From an uncultured Nitrososphaerota archaeon (GTDB lineage Archaea; Thermoproteota; Nitrososphaeria; Nitrososphaerales; CADDZS01), in assembly GCA_963799845.1 (NCBI GenBank), contig CAWCYI010000006.1, positions 1 to 64,000 of the forward strand: DNA of 64,000 nt, read 5' to 3'. A program made the translations under genes and the position numbers. The notes under the pieces are model-generated. The model worked only from the letters and a program-made list of their open reading frames with translations. It had not been told where the DNA came from and made no database searches. Position 1 is the first letter of the stretch. Each line of letters opens with the position of its first letter. Positions 9,808 to 20,252 of the stretch are shown here, one piece after another.

Positions 9808-11250
9808 CTAACCCATTTCATGTTCCATGGCTTTCGGCGGCGGATTTCTTTCGGTTTCTTCGACCGACTCTGCGAATATCTCAAGGCTCTTGTCAACCAA
9901 TTCCTTACTTATTGTGAGCGGGGGTACAAATCGAATGCAATTCCCATAGTGCCCCATCTTGAGTACAACGAGCCCTTTCTTGAAACATTGTTCCTGGACC
10001 TTAGATGCCAGTTCGGGTCCTGGCTCTTTCGTAGTTTTGTTTCTTACAAATTCGATCCCGATCATGAATCCTCTGCCGCGGACATCCCCGATAATTTTTG
10101 ATCCTTCCATGAGATCAGTTAGGAATTTTTTGACTTCTTCGCCAATCATTCTTGCTCTTTCGATTACGCCGCTAGTCTTCAGAAACTCGACAACCTCTGC
10201 CCCTGCGGCAGTTGCAACGGCGTTGCCTCGATAGGTGCCTAGATGGAAAGCATCGGGAAGTTTTTCATCAAGATCTTTCCTAAGAATTAGAGCGGCAAGT
10301 GGAATCCCTGCAGCTATTGACTTTGAGACAGCCATCATGTCAGGAGTGACGGCTGGCCATTCCGAAGCCCACATTTTTCCTGTTCTTCCGAAACCGCATT
10401 GAACCTCGTCAAAGATCAAGTCCACATTATAACGATCTGTAATTCTCCTTAATCCTTGAAGAAATTCATCTGGAGGCACTATGTATCCGCCTTCACCTTG
10501 AATCGGTTCAACCTGAATCGCGGATGGTTCGTAGAGACCAGAATATGGATCTTCGAAAAGATGTTCTACGTAAGCCAGACATTCATAAGCGCAGTCGCCG
10601 TAGGTCTTCCCCCACGGGCATCTGTAACAATAAGCGAATGGCGCTCGAACTGTTCCGGCCATGAAAGGAGCTATTCCCCTTTGAAGGGGAGCAACGGAGG
10701 ACATTGCGAGCGCGGCCACGTGCATACCATGATATGCGCCTTCAAATGTCAGAACCGTTTGTTTGTTTCGTGTATATCTCGAAACCTTGGCAGCTGCTTC
10801 ATTCGCGTCGCTACCGGTAATTGAAAATATGACTTTAGAATTCCCTCTCAGCTTTTGAGGCAGGATCGAGTCAAAGCGCTCAAGAAAGTTTGCTCGTCCT
10901 TCTGTGGGAACATCCAACCCATGAACAAATTTCTTTGCTTGTGAGACGATGGCATCTGTGATTTTGGGATTAGAATATCCAACGTTTATGACTCCTGCTC
11001 CTGAGGTCCAGTCTATGAATAGGTTTCCGTCAACATCTTTTAGTGTCGCGCCCATTCCCGATTCCCATGCCGTTGGAAAATACTTCATGTACTTGACAGT
11101 ATGAGTTTCGTATTTCTGCTGGACAGATCTGATTGCAGTCGCCTTTGGCCCAGGCGGAGAAATTTTCATTCGTGGCGCGCCGGGGTAATTTAGAGCAGAT
11201 ATCTGTTCTTCTGTCAACGTACTCTCGGATGTTGTAGTTGCAATCTCCAT
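9808..11250 (-). CDS. Class III PLP aminotransferase (4-aminobutyrate aminotransferase-like)
   Basis: DVDGNLFID, GAYHG, EPIQGEGGY, FDEVQCGFGRTG, SKSIAAG. Confidence 0.92.
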   Translation of the reverse strand: MEIATTTSESTLTEEQISALNYPGAPRMKISPPGPKATAIRSVQQKYETHTVKYMKYFPTAWESGMGATLKDVDGNLFIDWTSGAGVINVGYSNPKITDAIVSQAKKFVHGLDVPTEGRANFLERFDSILPQKLRGNSKVIFSITGSDANEAAAKVSRYTRNKQTVLTFEGAYHGMHVAALAMSSVAPLQRGIAPFMAGTVRAPFAYCYRCPWGKTYGDCAYECLAYVEHLFEDPYSGLYEPSAIQVEPIQGEGGYIVPPDEFLQGLRRITDRYNVDLIFDEVQCGFGRTGKMWASEWPAVTPDMMAVSKSIAAGIPLAALILRKDLDEKLPDAFHLGTYRGNAVATAAGAEVVEFLKTSGVIERARMIGEEVKKFLTDLMEGSKIIGDVRGRGFMIGIEFVRNKTTKEPGPELASKVQEQCFKKGLVVLKMGHYGNCIRFVPPLTISKELVDKSLEIFAESVEETERNPPPKAMEHEMG

Positions 11251-11419
11251 GTCGGGGCCGCGATATGTATTCTTCCTTATTTACCTTTGCGATGCAACAT
11301 ACTCGGTAAGTAACTGCTTCAAATGGATAGATGACGTCTTACAGGCATTGAACGCTTAGCAACGTTGAGTCATTTCGGACAGTTTCGTAATTCGATGCCG
11401 GCTACATTGTCATCAATCT

Positions 11420-12907
11420 CTAAGCACATTCCGTATCCAGGGGTTTCAAGGCATAGTCGAGCGCATCTATGGCCCTATCTATTTCCTCCTCCGTTACAGT
11501 TAGGGCAGGCCCCAGCCTGAGACAATTCGGAACCAGTCCTCCCATCAGGACTCCTTTCTCTAGCGCCTTTTGCTGAACAACAGAGATCGGCCACTTTGAA
11601 ATATCGCCTGCTCCCGTGACATCTCTATCTTCCTTGATGAATGGCTCATGTGTTTCCCTGTTCCTTACAATTTCTATTCCCCAGAATAGTCCCATTCCGC
11701 TGACATGACCCACTGACTTGTGCAACGGCGAAATTTCTCTGAGTCTTTTTTCCAAGTATAGTCCACTTTTCTCAGCACGCTTAGGGAGATCTACATCAAT
11801 CATGAATTGAAGGTTAGCGACAACTGCCGCCATCGAGACCGGATGGGAAGAGAAGGTGACAGCATGCCACCACCTATACTTGTCGAAGAAATCAGCAATC
11901 TCCCTGCTAACGACAACACCAGCAGCTGGAAGGTGAGAACTAACAATCCCCTTTGCCGTCGTCATGATATCGGGCGTGATGCCATAATGCTGGTAGCAGA
12001 ACCATCTTCCAGTTCTCGCAAAACCGGACATGACCTCATCGTCGATCAGGAGGATTCCGTATTTTTTTGTAAGTGCCCTTAGTCCGCGAACCCATTCGAT
12101 CGGCGACACGATCAGCGACCCTCCACACACGAGCTCTGTGATAACGGCGGCTACATTTTCGGGACCAAGGGAGAGGATGAGATGCTCGAGCTCATTCAGA
12201 CACGCAACATTACCGTTCACTTGGCACTGTTCTGGTCCCTTGTAGCCGTAGGGGCATCTGTAGCAGAAGGGAGCGGGCGCGGGAAAATATCCATCCGCAG
12301 GAAAGCCTGGCACAGGCCTGAACTCACTAGAATTAGGCGACGACAGAGACCCGCGCCAGTATCTCACTCTAGTGCAAGCACCCGCAGCTTCGGTCCATCC
12401 GTGGTAAGAGTACTCTCTGGTGATGATGTACGGCCTGTTGGTGTACAGCTTCGCAATTTGGAGTGCTTCCTCGTTTGCCTCGCTTCCCGAGCCCACGAAG
12501 TGGACTCTCCCTGCCCAGGAGTCAGCGCCGAGTATGTCCTTGATTATAATTTTCGCCGCCTCCGATTTGTACGGAGTCGTGAAAAATTCCCAAAGATATC
12601 CGTAATTTTCGAGCGAATCCTTGATTGCTTCGACAATCTTGGGATTCCGCTGACCCGCATTCACAGATATGAGTCCTGAAAGAAAATCAAGCAATCTATT
12701 TCCATTGGCATCGATTACGTACGCTCCATCGCATTTTGCTATAGGGATCGGGGACCATTCGCTTAGAGCTTTCTCGATATGGAAGCAATAATCCCTATCC
12801 CACTCGATTATCTTATTCCAATCGATTCTCTTCTTTTCAGCACCTTCTGCGCTAGTCAGAGAACTCTTTTCCTGCTCTAACATTACGGTCGAGACAACAT
12901 TCCGCAT
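11420..12907 (-). CDS. Class III PLP aminotransferase (taurine/omega-amino acid:pyruvate type)
   Basis: SGSEANE, SYHG, DDEVMSGFARTG, TAKGIVSSHLP, TFSSHP. Confidence 0.9.
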   Translation of the reverse strand: MRNVVSTVMLEQEKSSLTSAEGAEKKRIDWNKIIEWDRDYCFHIEKALSEWSPIPIAKCDGAYVIDANGNRLLDFLSGLISVNAGQRNPKIVEAIKDSLENYGYLWEFFTTPYKSEAAKIIIKDILGADSWAGRVHFVGSGSEANEEALQIAKLYTNRPYIITREYSYHGWTEAAGACTRVRYWRGSLSSPNSSEFRPVPGFPADGYFPAPAPFCYRCPYGYKGPEQCQVNGNVACLNELEHLILSLGPENVAAVITELVCGGSLIVSPIEWVRGLRALTKKYGILLIDDEVMSGFARTGRWFCYQHYGITPDIMTTAKGIVSSHLPAAGVVVSREIADFFDKYRWWHAVTFSSHPVSMAAVVANLQFMIDVDLPKRAEKSGLYLEKRLREISPLHKSVGHVSGMGLFWGIEIVRNRETHEPFIKEDRDVTGAGDISKWPISVVQQKALEKGVLMGGLVPNCLRLGPALTVTEEEIDRAIDALDYALKPLDTECA

Positions 12908-13089
12908 CGATATATCTAATCTCCCGAATGTGTTCGGGATATCGGCTGGTTATCGGCGCAGAATGATATTTCACGAAAGTTAGGGCAGAGCGGAGCAGTC
13001 AAGCCGTTGTGAAATCCTCTCAGTACAGTTGATGATAATGTAAGCAGTCGTTCTTGCGATTCCCTTTACACATAGAACCTCCAGATAGA

Positions 13090-13425
13090 GAAGCTCAAAA
13101 GAACGCTCACGGCAATTTCTCCTGAGTAAACATTCTGCGATTCTCTAGGCTCTTACAACGAAGAATCTTACATGAAGGTGAAAGACTAGAATCCAAAACT
13201 GATTCAGAATTGTGGTGTGAATAAAGGACACGATAAGAAGAACAATCGAATAGAGCGCGCCAACAGCACTTTGCGAGAGCGCATAAAGGTACAAAGAGGA
13301 TGGAAGAGCCGGAAATCTCAGATCGCTGAGGGTCAAAGAATCCATTATAACTTTGTCAAACCGCAATGAGGCACTAGAGGATCAAACTCCTGCTCAAAGA
13401 GTTGGAATCTCTATCCCAAGTAATT
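13090..13425 (+). mobile_element. Degraded IS6-like DDE transposase fragment
   Basis: Manual translation gives NNRIERANSTLRERIKVQRGWKS..SQIAEGQRIHYNFVKP / ALEDQTPAQ, broken by stops and frameshifts. Confidence 0.75.
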
Positions 13426-13482
13426 GAAACGCATTATTGGAAATGTCTTTACGCAACAAGATAGAAAATATGTAAAGAGAAT

Positions 13483-13713
13483 TTGAAACATACGCGAATT
13501 TTCGGAATTGCTACCATAGCGATTATTGTATTTGTTTTCTTTGTACCAATCTACCCGGAAACTGGGAATTGCTTTGCCGTCCCTCTTCATGTAGTTTTTT
13601 CCACTTCGTCAATCCTGACTCACGACGAGTTTGGAGCATTTTACATTGAAAATACGCAATCATACAATTTTGAACCGTTCTCTCCCACGCCTACTATCGG
13701 CTACTGTAAGTAA
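13483..13713 (+). CDS. Small hypothetical membrane-anchored protein
   Basis: N-terminal hydrophobic helix IATIAIIVFVFFVP; 76 aa. Confidence 0.5.
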   Translation: MKHTRIFGIATIAIIVFVFFVPIYPETGNCFAVPLHVVFSTSSILTHDEFGAFYIENTQSYNFEPFSPTPTIGYCK

Positions 13714-13953
13714 CTTTGCAAAAACGCTCTATCACCCGAAATTCAACAGTCTAAAAATCACCCAAAAGACCCTAACACGGAGAGGTGTTTTCTGAGTGAA
13801 GAGCTACGTTCAAGCTCTGTTCAATTCGGACAGGTCGTTTCAAGCTCTTCTGGCAATACAAAGCTCAAAACACCAAGTCCGAGAGAGGGCACCCATGAGT
13901 AACCGGGCCAATCTTAGAAACTGATAAATCTCGTCCGCTCTTCTAGGAAGGCC

Positions 13954-15312
13954 ATGTCTTCGCGTCCAGTCGGCGAGCGAGCCGTGTTCCTATCACAGGA
14001 TGAAATTCCAACTTCATGGTACAACATTCAGGCAGACCTGCCAGAACCACTTCCGCCGCCGCTCAATCCTGCGACTCTGGAGCCGATGTCGCCGGAGCCG
14101 TTATTCAGATTGTTCGCGAAAGAATTGGTGGCGCAGGAGGTCTCACAGGAAAGATGGATCAAGATTCCCGAGGAGGTCATGGAATCTTACAGGTGGCTGC
14201 CGCGTCCTACTCCGCTGATGAGGGCGTACAAGTTAGAGCAGTATCTGAAGACGCCAGCGAAGATATACTACAAGTGGGAGGGAGTCAGCCCCGCGGGGAG
14301 CCACAAGCCGAACACCGCATTGGCTCAAGCTTACTACAACAAAAAGCAGGGAATTGAAAGACTAGTGACCGAAACAGGTGCGGGTCAGTGGGGATCTGCT
14401 TTGGCGATGTCAAGCGCATACTGGGGGATAACCTGTCGAGTCTACATGGTCGCCGCGAGCTACAAGCAAAAGCCGGGGAGGAAGATCATGATGGAGACCT
14501 GGGGCGCGGAGTGCTTTTCGTCCCCGAGCAACAACACGAAATTTGGAAGAAAACTTCTCGCAAAGGATCCGAACGATCCGGGCTCGCTGGGTATTGCGAT
14601 CAGTGAGGCAATCGAGGACACTCTTACGGACGAGAATGCGAGGTACACCCTTGGCTCGGTGCTGAATCACGTGCTTCTGCATCAGACCGTAATCGGTCTT
14701 GAAGTCAAAAAGCAGCTGGAATTGATCGATGTGAAACCTGATATGATGGTGGGAAACATCGGCGGGGGATCAAACTACGGCGGATTTTCACTGCCCTTCA
14801 TGGGCGACAAGCTCAAGAAGAAGAACGACATAGATTTTGTCGCGTGCGAGTCAAAGGCCGTCCCGCATACCACGAAGGGCAAGTACACCTACGATTTTGG
14901 CGATACGGCTGGAACGACTCCGCTTCTGAAGATGCTGACGCTGGGACGGGAGTACAAGAACCCCCCGATCCACGCGGGAGGGCTGAGGTATCACGGAATG
15001 GCCCCGATCATCTCGTACCTGATAAACAAAGGCTACATGCGATCCGTGGCGTTCGGACAGAACGAGATCTTCGAAGCGGGCACTATATTCGCGAGGACCG
15101 AAGGAATAATTCCGGCTCCGGAATCCGCTCACGAGATCAAGTTCGTAATCGATGAAGCGCTGAGGTGCAAGCAGACCGGCGAGGAGAAAGTCATTGTCTT
15201 CAACAATTCTGGTCACGCAATGCTTGACCTCTCGGCATACCAGGCGTTCCACGACAGGAAGCTGGAAGACTGGGAACCGACGGAGATAGTATATCCTACG
15301 TTCGTAAAGTGA
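13954..15312 (+). CDS. trpB2: Tryptophan synthase beta chain 2 (TrpB-like)
   Basis: EIPTSWYNIQADLP, GSHKPN (PLP lysine), TETGAGQWG, GGGSN, IHAGGLRYHG, PAPESAH. Confidence 0.95.
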   Translation: MSSRPVGERAVFLSQDEIPTSWYNIQADLPEPLPPPLNPATLEPMSPEPLFRLFAKELVAQEVSQERWIKIPEEVMESYRWLPRPTPLMRAYKLEQYLKTPAKIYYKWEGVSPAGSHKPNTALAQAYYNKKQGIERLVTETGAGQWGSALAMSSAYWGITCRVYMVAASYKQKPGRKIMMETWGAECFSSPSNNTKFGRKLLAKDPNDPGSLGIAISEAIEDTLTDENARYTLGSVLNHVLLHQTVIGLEVKKQLELIDVKPDMMVGNIGGGSNYGGFSLPFMGDKLKKKNDIDFVACESKAVPHTTKGKYTYDFGDTAGTTPLLKMLTLGREYKNPPIHAGGLRYHGMAPIISYLINKGYMRSVAFGQNEIFEAGTIFARTEGIIPAPESAHEIKFVIDEALRCKQTGEEKVIVFNNSGHAMLDLSAYQAFHDRKLEDWEPTEIVYPTFVK

Positions 15313-15347
15313 AACGATTCAGAAAAATAGAAGCGAAAATTTCCCTA

Positions 15348-16367
15348 TTATCGTAAGATCTTCAAAGCGGAATTCGTCAGCCGGATTGAATCGCTCGCAC
15401 CCTTCATTTCCAGAACTGCTCTAACTGCGTCGATATTCTCGGGAGTGACGATCGCCTCCTGGTGAACCGCCATGAAGAGGTAGATCTCTTTCCCGATTAC
15501 TTTGATCGAATCTCTCCAGACGACGGCCTCGTAGATGTCGTTTCGGGGCCGGCCCATCTCCCTCGCAAGATCCATGACGTTGCCGGTGGACTTTATTCCG
15601 TCTCTCTTGCTATCGACGAACATCAGTCGCGGAGTCTCCGATAATTTGTCGATTACCTTGTCAGTGCTAAGAGAATCTCCCTTTACCGAAACTATGAGCG
15701 AATGGAGGTGCATGTGCGTTGTGGGAATCTTCATCGCCATTGAAATGACAGGAAATCCGGGCAGGACAGTGTTGACATCGGGCCCGTGGTGAGACGGAAT
15801 GCTAACGGGGTCAAGGACAACGGCGTCAATCGGACCCTTGCCGCTTTCGTCAGGGTCGGCGGCTCTCCTCGCAATCACCACGTTTGCCTTAGTAATCCCG
15901 AATTCTTCATCAATTGAATGAAGAACACGACAGAGAGCCGTGGTATTGCAGGAGACCACTCTCACGTACTTTTTGCCCACGGCTTCGTCAAAATTGCACT
16001 GGGCGACGAACGAAGTCCCGGCAACTTCATGCTCCTCGCCGCCCTGAAAGATCGCCCTCTTCCCGAGAGATTCGTACATCTGCTTGTTCTGGCTTCCCAC
16101 ATCTTCGGGAGTCGCGTCGATCACAATGTCCGCCTCAGAAACCATGTCTCTCGAAAGCCCGGCGCAGTTGATTCCAGCGTCCTGGAACGCCTTCCGCCCC
16201 TTCTCGTCGGCTGCAAAAACGCGGTATCCTTTTTGGATAGCCGACCTCGCTTTGTAATCAGGCTTTACTTTCGCGACGCCAACAAGTTTCATGTCACCCT
16301 GTACGGAAACAGCGTCCGCCACTCTTCGGCCGATAACGTTGTAACCGTTGACCGCGACGCGGATCAA
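15348..16367 (-). CDS. gap: Type II (archaeal) glyceraldehyde-3-phosphate dehydrogenase
   Basis: VAVNGYNVIGRRVADAV, FQGGE, RVVSCNTT, SHHGPDV, HQEAIV.PENIDA; TTG start overlaps the pgk stop. Confidence 0.95.
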   Translation of the reverse strand: MIRVAVNGYNVIGRRVADAVSVQGDMKLVGVAKVKPDYKARSAIQKGYRVFAADEKGRKAFQDAGINCAGLSRDMVSEADIVIDATPEDVGSQNKQMYESLGKRAIFQGGEEHEVAGTSFVAQCNFDEAVGKKYVRVVSCNTTALCRVLHSIDEEFGITKANVVIARRAADPDESGKGPIDAVVLDPVSIPSHHGPDVNTVLPGFPVISMAMKIPTTHMHLHSLIVSVKGDSLSTDKVIDKLSETPRLMFVDSKRDGIKSTGNVMDLAREMGRPRNDIYEAVVWRDSIKVIGKEIYLFMAVHQEAIVTPENIDAVRAVLEMKGASDSIRLTNSALKILR

Positions 16368-17569
16368 TTTCCTGATCTGACCTTCTTTTCGTACGAGTCG
16401 AGGGCTTCTATCAGTGGAAGTCTCCTGCCGCCTAGAAACAGCACGAGGGCTCCACCGGCAGTACTCACCAGATCGATCCACTCTTTGATTCCGAATCTCT
16501 GCAGGGCGGCGCTCAAATGTCCCCCACTGACGATCGTTGTGCCGAACGACGAAGCCATGGCGCGTAGCAGCGATTCGGTCCCGAGGCCAAACCTCGAATC
16601 CTCGAAAAGACCCGGGGGGCCGCTCATGAAGATGGTCCCGCTGCTCCTGATGATGCGGGAGTAATGGTCGATTGTTTTCGAACCGATGTCGTAGACCTTA
16701 TCGCCGGGGCGCATATCCTCGACTGGGATCTCGACACGCTCCTCAGACCGATTTACGGCGACGTCTATTGGCAGCTGGAACGTGTCCGGATAATCAGCCA
16801 TCAGAAAAGTGGCACGCTCCACCATCCTGTCTTCATTATCGATGCCGATATCGTATTCGATTTTCCTAGCGCCCTTCAAAAACACGTTGGCGATTAGTCC
16901 GCAGAGCAAGACCTTGTCAGCCCGCTTGTTCGCAATCAAGGTATCAATCGCCTCGAGACGATCTGAAACTTTTGCTCCTCCCAGAACCGTCGTAAATGGA
17001 GCTTTAGACACGGTCATTATCCTGTTGAGCGCCTTGAGCTCCTTGCTGACGAGCCTCCCGGCGCATGTAGGCAGTATGTGGGAGAAGCCGACGATCGAGG
17101 GGTGCGCCCTGTGCGCGGTAGGAAACGCATCAAGCACGCACGCGTCGAAGTGTTTCACGAGCCTCTGGACAAGTATCGTTCTTGAAGCGGCTTCCGGTGT
17201 GAACTCCATATTTTCCTCCGCCGTGAATCTGAGGTTGTCAAGCAATAGAACTTCCCCGACACTCAGCGAGTCGATCTCCTTTATGGCAGTTGGACCGAAA
17301 ATATCGTCGGCAAACTGGATTTTCTTACCCAGGATCTTCGACAGGGCATCGGCATGCTGCTCCAGCCCGATGTAATCGTCCCTTCCGACTCTTCCCTGAT
17401 GCGATCCGACGACGACGCGACACTTGTTAAGGTCGCGGATCGAAACGGATGCTTCCTGAATCCGGTTCAACTCCATCAGCTTGGAGGTTGATGGTTCCAG
17501 CGGGGTATTCATGTCGACGCGGAGAAAAACAACCTTACCTTCAAGAGGAAGATCCTCAATTGTCAGCAT
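16364..17569 (-). CDS. pgk: Phosphoglycerate kinase
   Basis: LRVDMNTP, SHQGR, NLRF..EE, AHRAHPS, LGGAKVSD, STAGGA. Confidence 0.95.
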   Translation of the reverse strand: MLTIEDLPLEGKVVFLRVDMNTPLEPSTSKLMELNRIQEASVSIRDLNKCRVVVGSHQGRVGRDDYIGLEQHADALSKILGKKIQFADDIFGPTAIKEIDSLSVGEVLLLDNLRFTAEENMEFTPEAASRTILVQRLVKHFDACVLDAFPTAHRAHPSIVGFSHILPTCAGRLVSKELKALNRIMTVSKAPFTTVLGGAKVSDRLEAIDTLIANKRADKVLLCGLIANVFLKGARKIEYDIGIDNEDRMVERATFLMADYPDTFQLPIDVAVNRSEERVEIPVEDMRPGDKVYDIGSKTIDHYSRIIRSSGTIFMSGPPGLFEDSRFGLGTESLLRAMASSFGTTIVSGGHLSAALQRFGIKEWIDLVSTAGGALVLFLGGRRLPLIEALDSYEKKVRSGN

Positions 17570-17661
17570 GATTGCTGAGGCTGATTTCCCCGACGCACCT
17601 TTAACAATTGCGAAAAAAGATCTAGTATATCGGAACTGGAATAATTTAAGACACAGATTAT

Positions 17662-17982
17662 CTAGTAATTGTCCTCGATGAAATCGAGCCAGCTCTTGTA
17701 AACCAGTTCAGATTCCTCGAGATTCCTTTCTTTCAAACCAGACGAATTTTCGATCTCCACTTTCTGGAAATCGACCTTGCCTTCTCTTAATTTCCCCGTC
17801 ATAGTGACGCGGGGAGGTGAAGAATCCCCTTTCTCAAGAACCTCAGGAAAGACCGGGACGAAGCTTAACGCGATCGTGTCGCCGTCGATGAATATTTCGT
17901 AACCGCCCTGGTTCTTTGCGTATCTTTCCAGTTTCTCCAAAGTAACTCTGAGCTTTGACAATGTATTCTCATTTCTCCACAA
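17662..17982 (-). CDS. Hypothetical protein
   Basis: 106-aa ORF co-oriented with pgk; plausible composition. Confidence 0.6.
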   Translation of the reverse strand: MWRNENTLSKLRVTLEKLERYAKNQGGYEIFIDGDTIALSFVPVFPEVLEKGDSSPPRVTMTGKLREGKVDFQKVEIENSSGLKERNLEESELVYKSWLDFIEDNY

Positions 17983-18125
17983 TAACTAGTTCGATATCGC
18001 CCTCGATATTAGCGTGAACCGAACAAAAATACCGTTGTCAAAATTCAATTGAAACTATTCATACTTCTTGCTAAGTGGAAATTTACACCCTTCGTTAACT
18101 CGCTACTTGATTCTCTCAAGGGCAT

Positions 18126-18494
18126 ATGCAGCACTTCTTGAATCTTGAAAAATGCACCTGTGGGGCCTACAGATACCTTGCCGTAAGGGAACACAAAAAG
18201 AGTTACGAAATATACCTTATCCACCACATGCACTTTGCGACCGGGCAAGATACAAGAAAGTATTCCAAACTGGCTTCGATCGCGAAATACAGGGTAAACA
18301 TTCACGACGAAAGGATCAATTTGCGACAGAGTGAGAAGACGATCAAACTCAGTATTGACCAGTCGCTTGTATTGAAGTCGGTCTTGAAGCAACTAGAACC
18401 CAGTGCAGAAAGCCCGGAGAATCCAATCTTGGCTGAAGAATATTCTCCCGATTCCGAAGATAATCTTGAAGAATTCGTTTCATTGAAAACCTAG
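18126..18494 (+). CDS. Hypothetical protein
   Basis: 122-aa ATG-initiated ORF with an acidic tail. Confidence 0.55.
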   Translation: MQHFLNLEKCTCGAYRYLAVREHKKSYEIYLIHHMHFATGQDTRKYSKLASIAKYRVNIHDERINLRQSEKTIKLSIDQSLVLKSVLKQLEPSAESPENPILAEEYSPDSEDNLEEFVSLKT

Positions 18495-18852
18495 AGGAAC
18501 CAAGAAATAGTATTAGACACCACGGTATCTTGACCTAACAACATGCTTGTTGCGAGCATCGATCAATCAGCACTTTCGCTGTAGATTCGGCTCATAGTCA
18601 TGAAATCAGACTTTTTGCGTTTTTTCCACAATTCATTCTGGAACGAATGGATTCACGAAACAATGACCCTAGAAATGTAGGGTACGCGGTGAATTTTCCT
18701 CTTTAGAGTGGGCTCCAATATTTTCCATTTATCACGGATTTTTTTTCCGTAACAAATCAGGATAATTCTACTTTTTGCATTTCCCGATTATTGGTCCCAT
18801 AAACCCACTAGACATGACGAGCTCGATATCGAATCCGTTATTGGTCTGAGAA

Positions 18853-20202
18853 CTAAAAGTCGTACTGTTCCCATTCGTCGTCTGACATCGCAAATTCAAT
18901 CAATTTCTTTTTCGACTGGTCTTTCTTGGACTTTTTCTCTTTATCCTCTTCCTCAGACGATACCTCTTCCTCTTCTTTTTCCTCTGGCTCTTCCTTCGAC
19001 TCGGTTTCGGCAGGTCGGATTACATCAATCGTTGTCTCCAATGGAGACGGTGGAGTTTCTTTTGGAAGTTCTTCCTGCTTCTCTCTAGCAGACTCCATAC
19101 TCGGTGGAGCTGACGGTGGCGCACGCTGCATAGGTTCTGTTACTTTTTTGGTACTTATCTCAGGCTCTTTGGTTTGACCCTCTTCGGCCGATTCTCCCCT
19201 TGATTTCTCAAAGTATTCATTGACCAAGTCGATTATTTGTTCTCCAATAGAACGCTCCGCGGATGATGAGAGAATCATTACCCCGTACGCCTTGCTGACC
19301 GCTTCCTCCTCTTTGGATGGTGGCGTCAGAGCGATAAGCAGCGTAAAGGTGGGATCGACGTCATATTTCTTGGCGAAGAGGCCGATGATGTCTTCCTCTT
19401 TTGGCTCGAAGGTAAAGTTTGCAACTACCAAAGCGGCTCCCTTTCTCGCTACAATATCGAAGTTGTGGGTCGCTCCTGACTTGCCAATCAGATCGCTTCG
19501 CAGTCCGACGTCATAGCCGTCGCTCTTGAGGGTGGTAAGTATCGAAGCGAGTGGTAGAGTACCCTTTGCCACTGACCTCTTAGTGTCTTCGGAGAGCTCG
19601 AATTCGTAAAATGGTTCGTATCGGGCTTCTTTGTATGTGAAAACATCGTCGCAGGAGTTGCACTTGTGGCTCATTCTGGGAGCTTCAAAGCGAGACCCGC
19701 AGGAGTTACACTCGAAGCTCGTGCCAATCTTCCGATAGTCAACCTCTCCAACGGTATTCTTGCACTTTGGACAGATTAGCAGGTTTCCCTTCTGGAATTT
19801 TTCCTTCGAACCGATGTACCCGCACCTGACGTGTTCGATAATGGAGGCTTTGCCGATGTCGAACGAGGAGCATCTCGGGCAGTTGTACTTTGAATAAACA
19901 GAGGGGCTTCCACATGTGGGACAGACGATCACCTTATCCAGAAGTTTTGACTTTAGTATCCCCGCGTTCTTCAGTTTCTCGAGGAACTCTTGGATCTCTG
20001 CATCGGTTTTCTCTGGGAATACAGCAGATAGCGCAGGATACGTCAGACCCTTGGGGTCCAATCTGGGGGTGATCAGATAGACTCCTTGGTCAACCATCCT
20101 CTGGACTATCGACTGTACCTCTTGATTAACCAGCAGAGCATCCTTTTCGGTACCCGCATCTGGCTTCGACACTTGTTTTTCACCCCCAACCTGATCTTTC
20201 AC
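18853..20202 (-). CDS. TackOD1-like multi-zinc-ribbon protein with restriction-endonuclease-like domain and acidic tail
   Basis: CPTCGS, CPRCSS, HVRCG, CPKC, CNSCG and CNSC motifs followed by GKSGATHNFDIVA. Confidence 0.75.
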   Translation of the reverse strand: MKDQVGGEKQVSKPDAGTEKDALLVNQEVQSIVQRMVDQGVYLITPRLDPKGLTYPALSAVFPEKTDAEIQEFLEKLKNAGILKSKLLDKVIVCPTCGSPSVYSKYNCPRCSSFDIGKASIIEHVRCGYIGSKEKFQKGNLLICPKCKNTVGEVDYRKIGTSFECNSCGSRFEAPRMSHKCNSCDDVFTYKEARYEPFYEFELSEDTKRSVAKGTLPLASILTTLKSDGYDVGLRSDLIGKSGATHNFDIVARKGAALVVANFTFEPKEEDIIGLFAKKYDVDPTFTLLIALTPPSKEEEAVSKAYGVMILSSSAERSIGEQIIDLVNEYFEKSRGESAEEGQTKEPEISTKKVTEPMQRAPPSAPPSMESAREKQEELPKETPPSPLETTIDVIRPAETESKEEPEEKEEEEVSSEEEDKEKKSKKDQSKKKLIEFAMSDDEWEQYDF

Positions 20203-20252
20203 TTGTTATCTCTTGGTCATTTCTTAGTTCATCAATTCGCAATCGTTCTCTG

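Noticed and set aside
13760-13870. Small hairpins and a repeated TTCAAGCTCT upstream of trpB2
   Set aside because: Short stems built on the very common AGCT word; no Trp-rich leader peptide or recognisable riboswitch.
15918-16664. 248-aa plus-strand ORF
   Set aside because: Antisense to gap and pgk.
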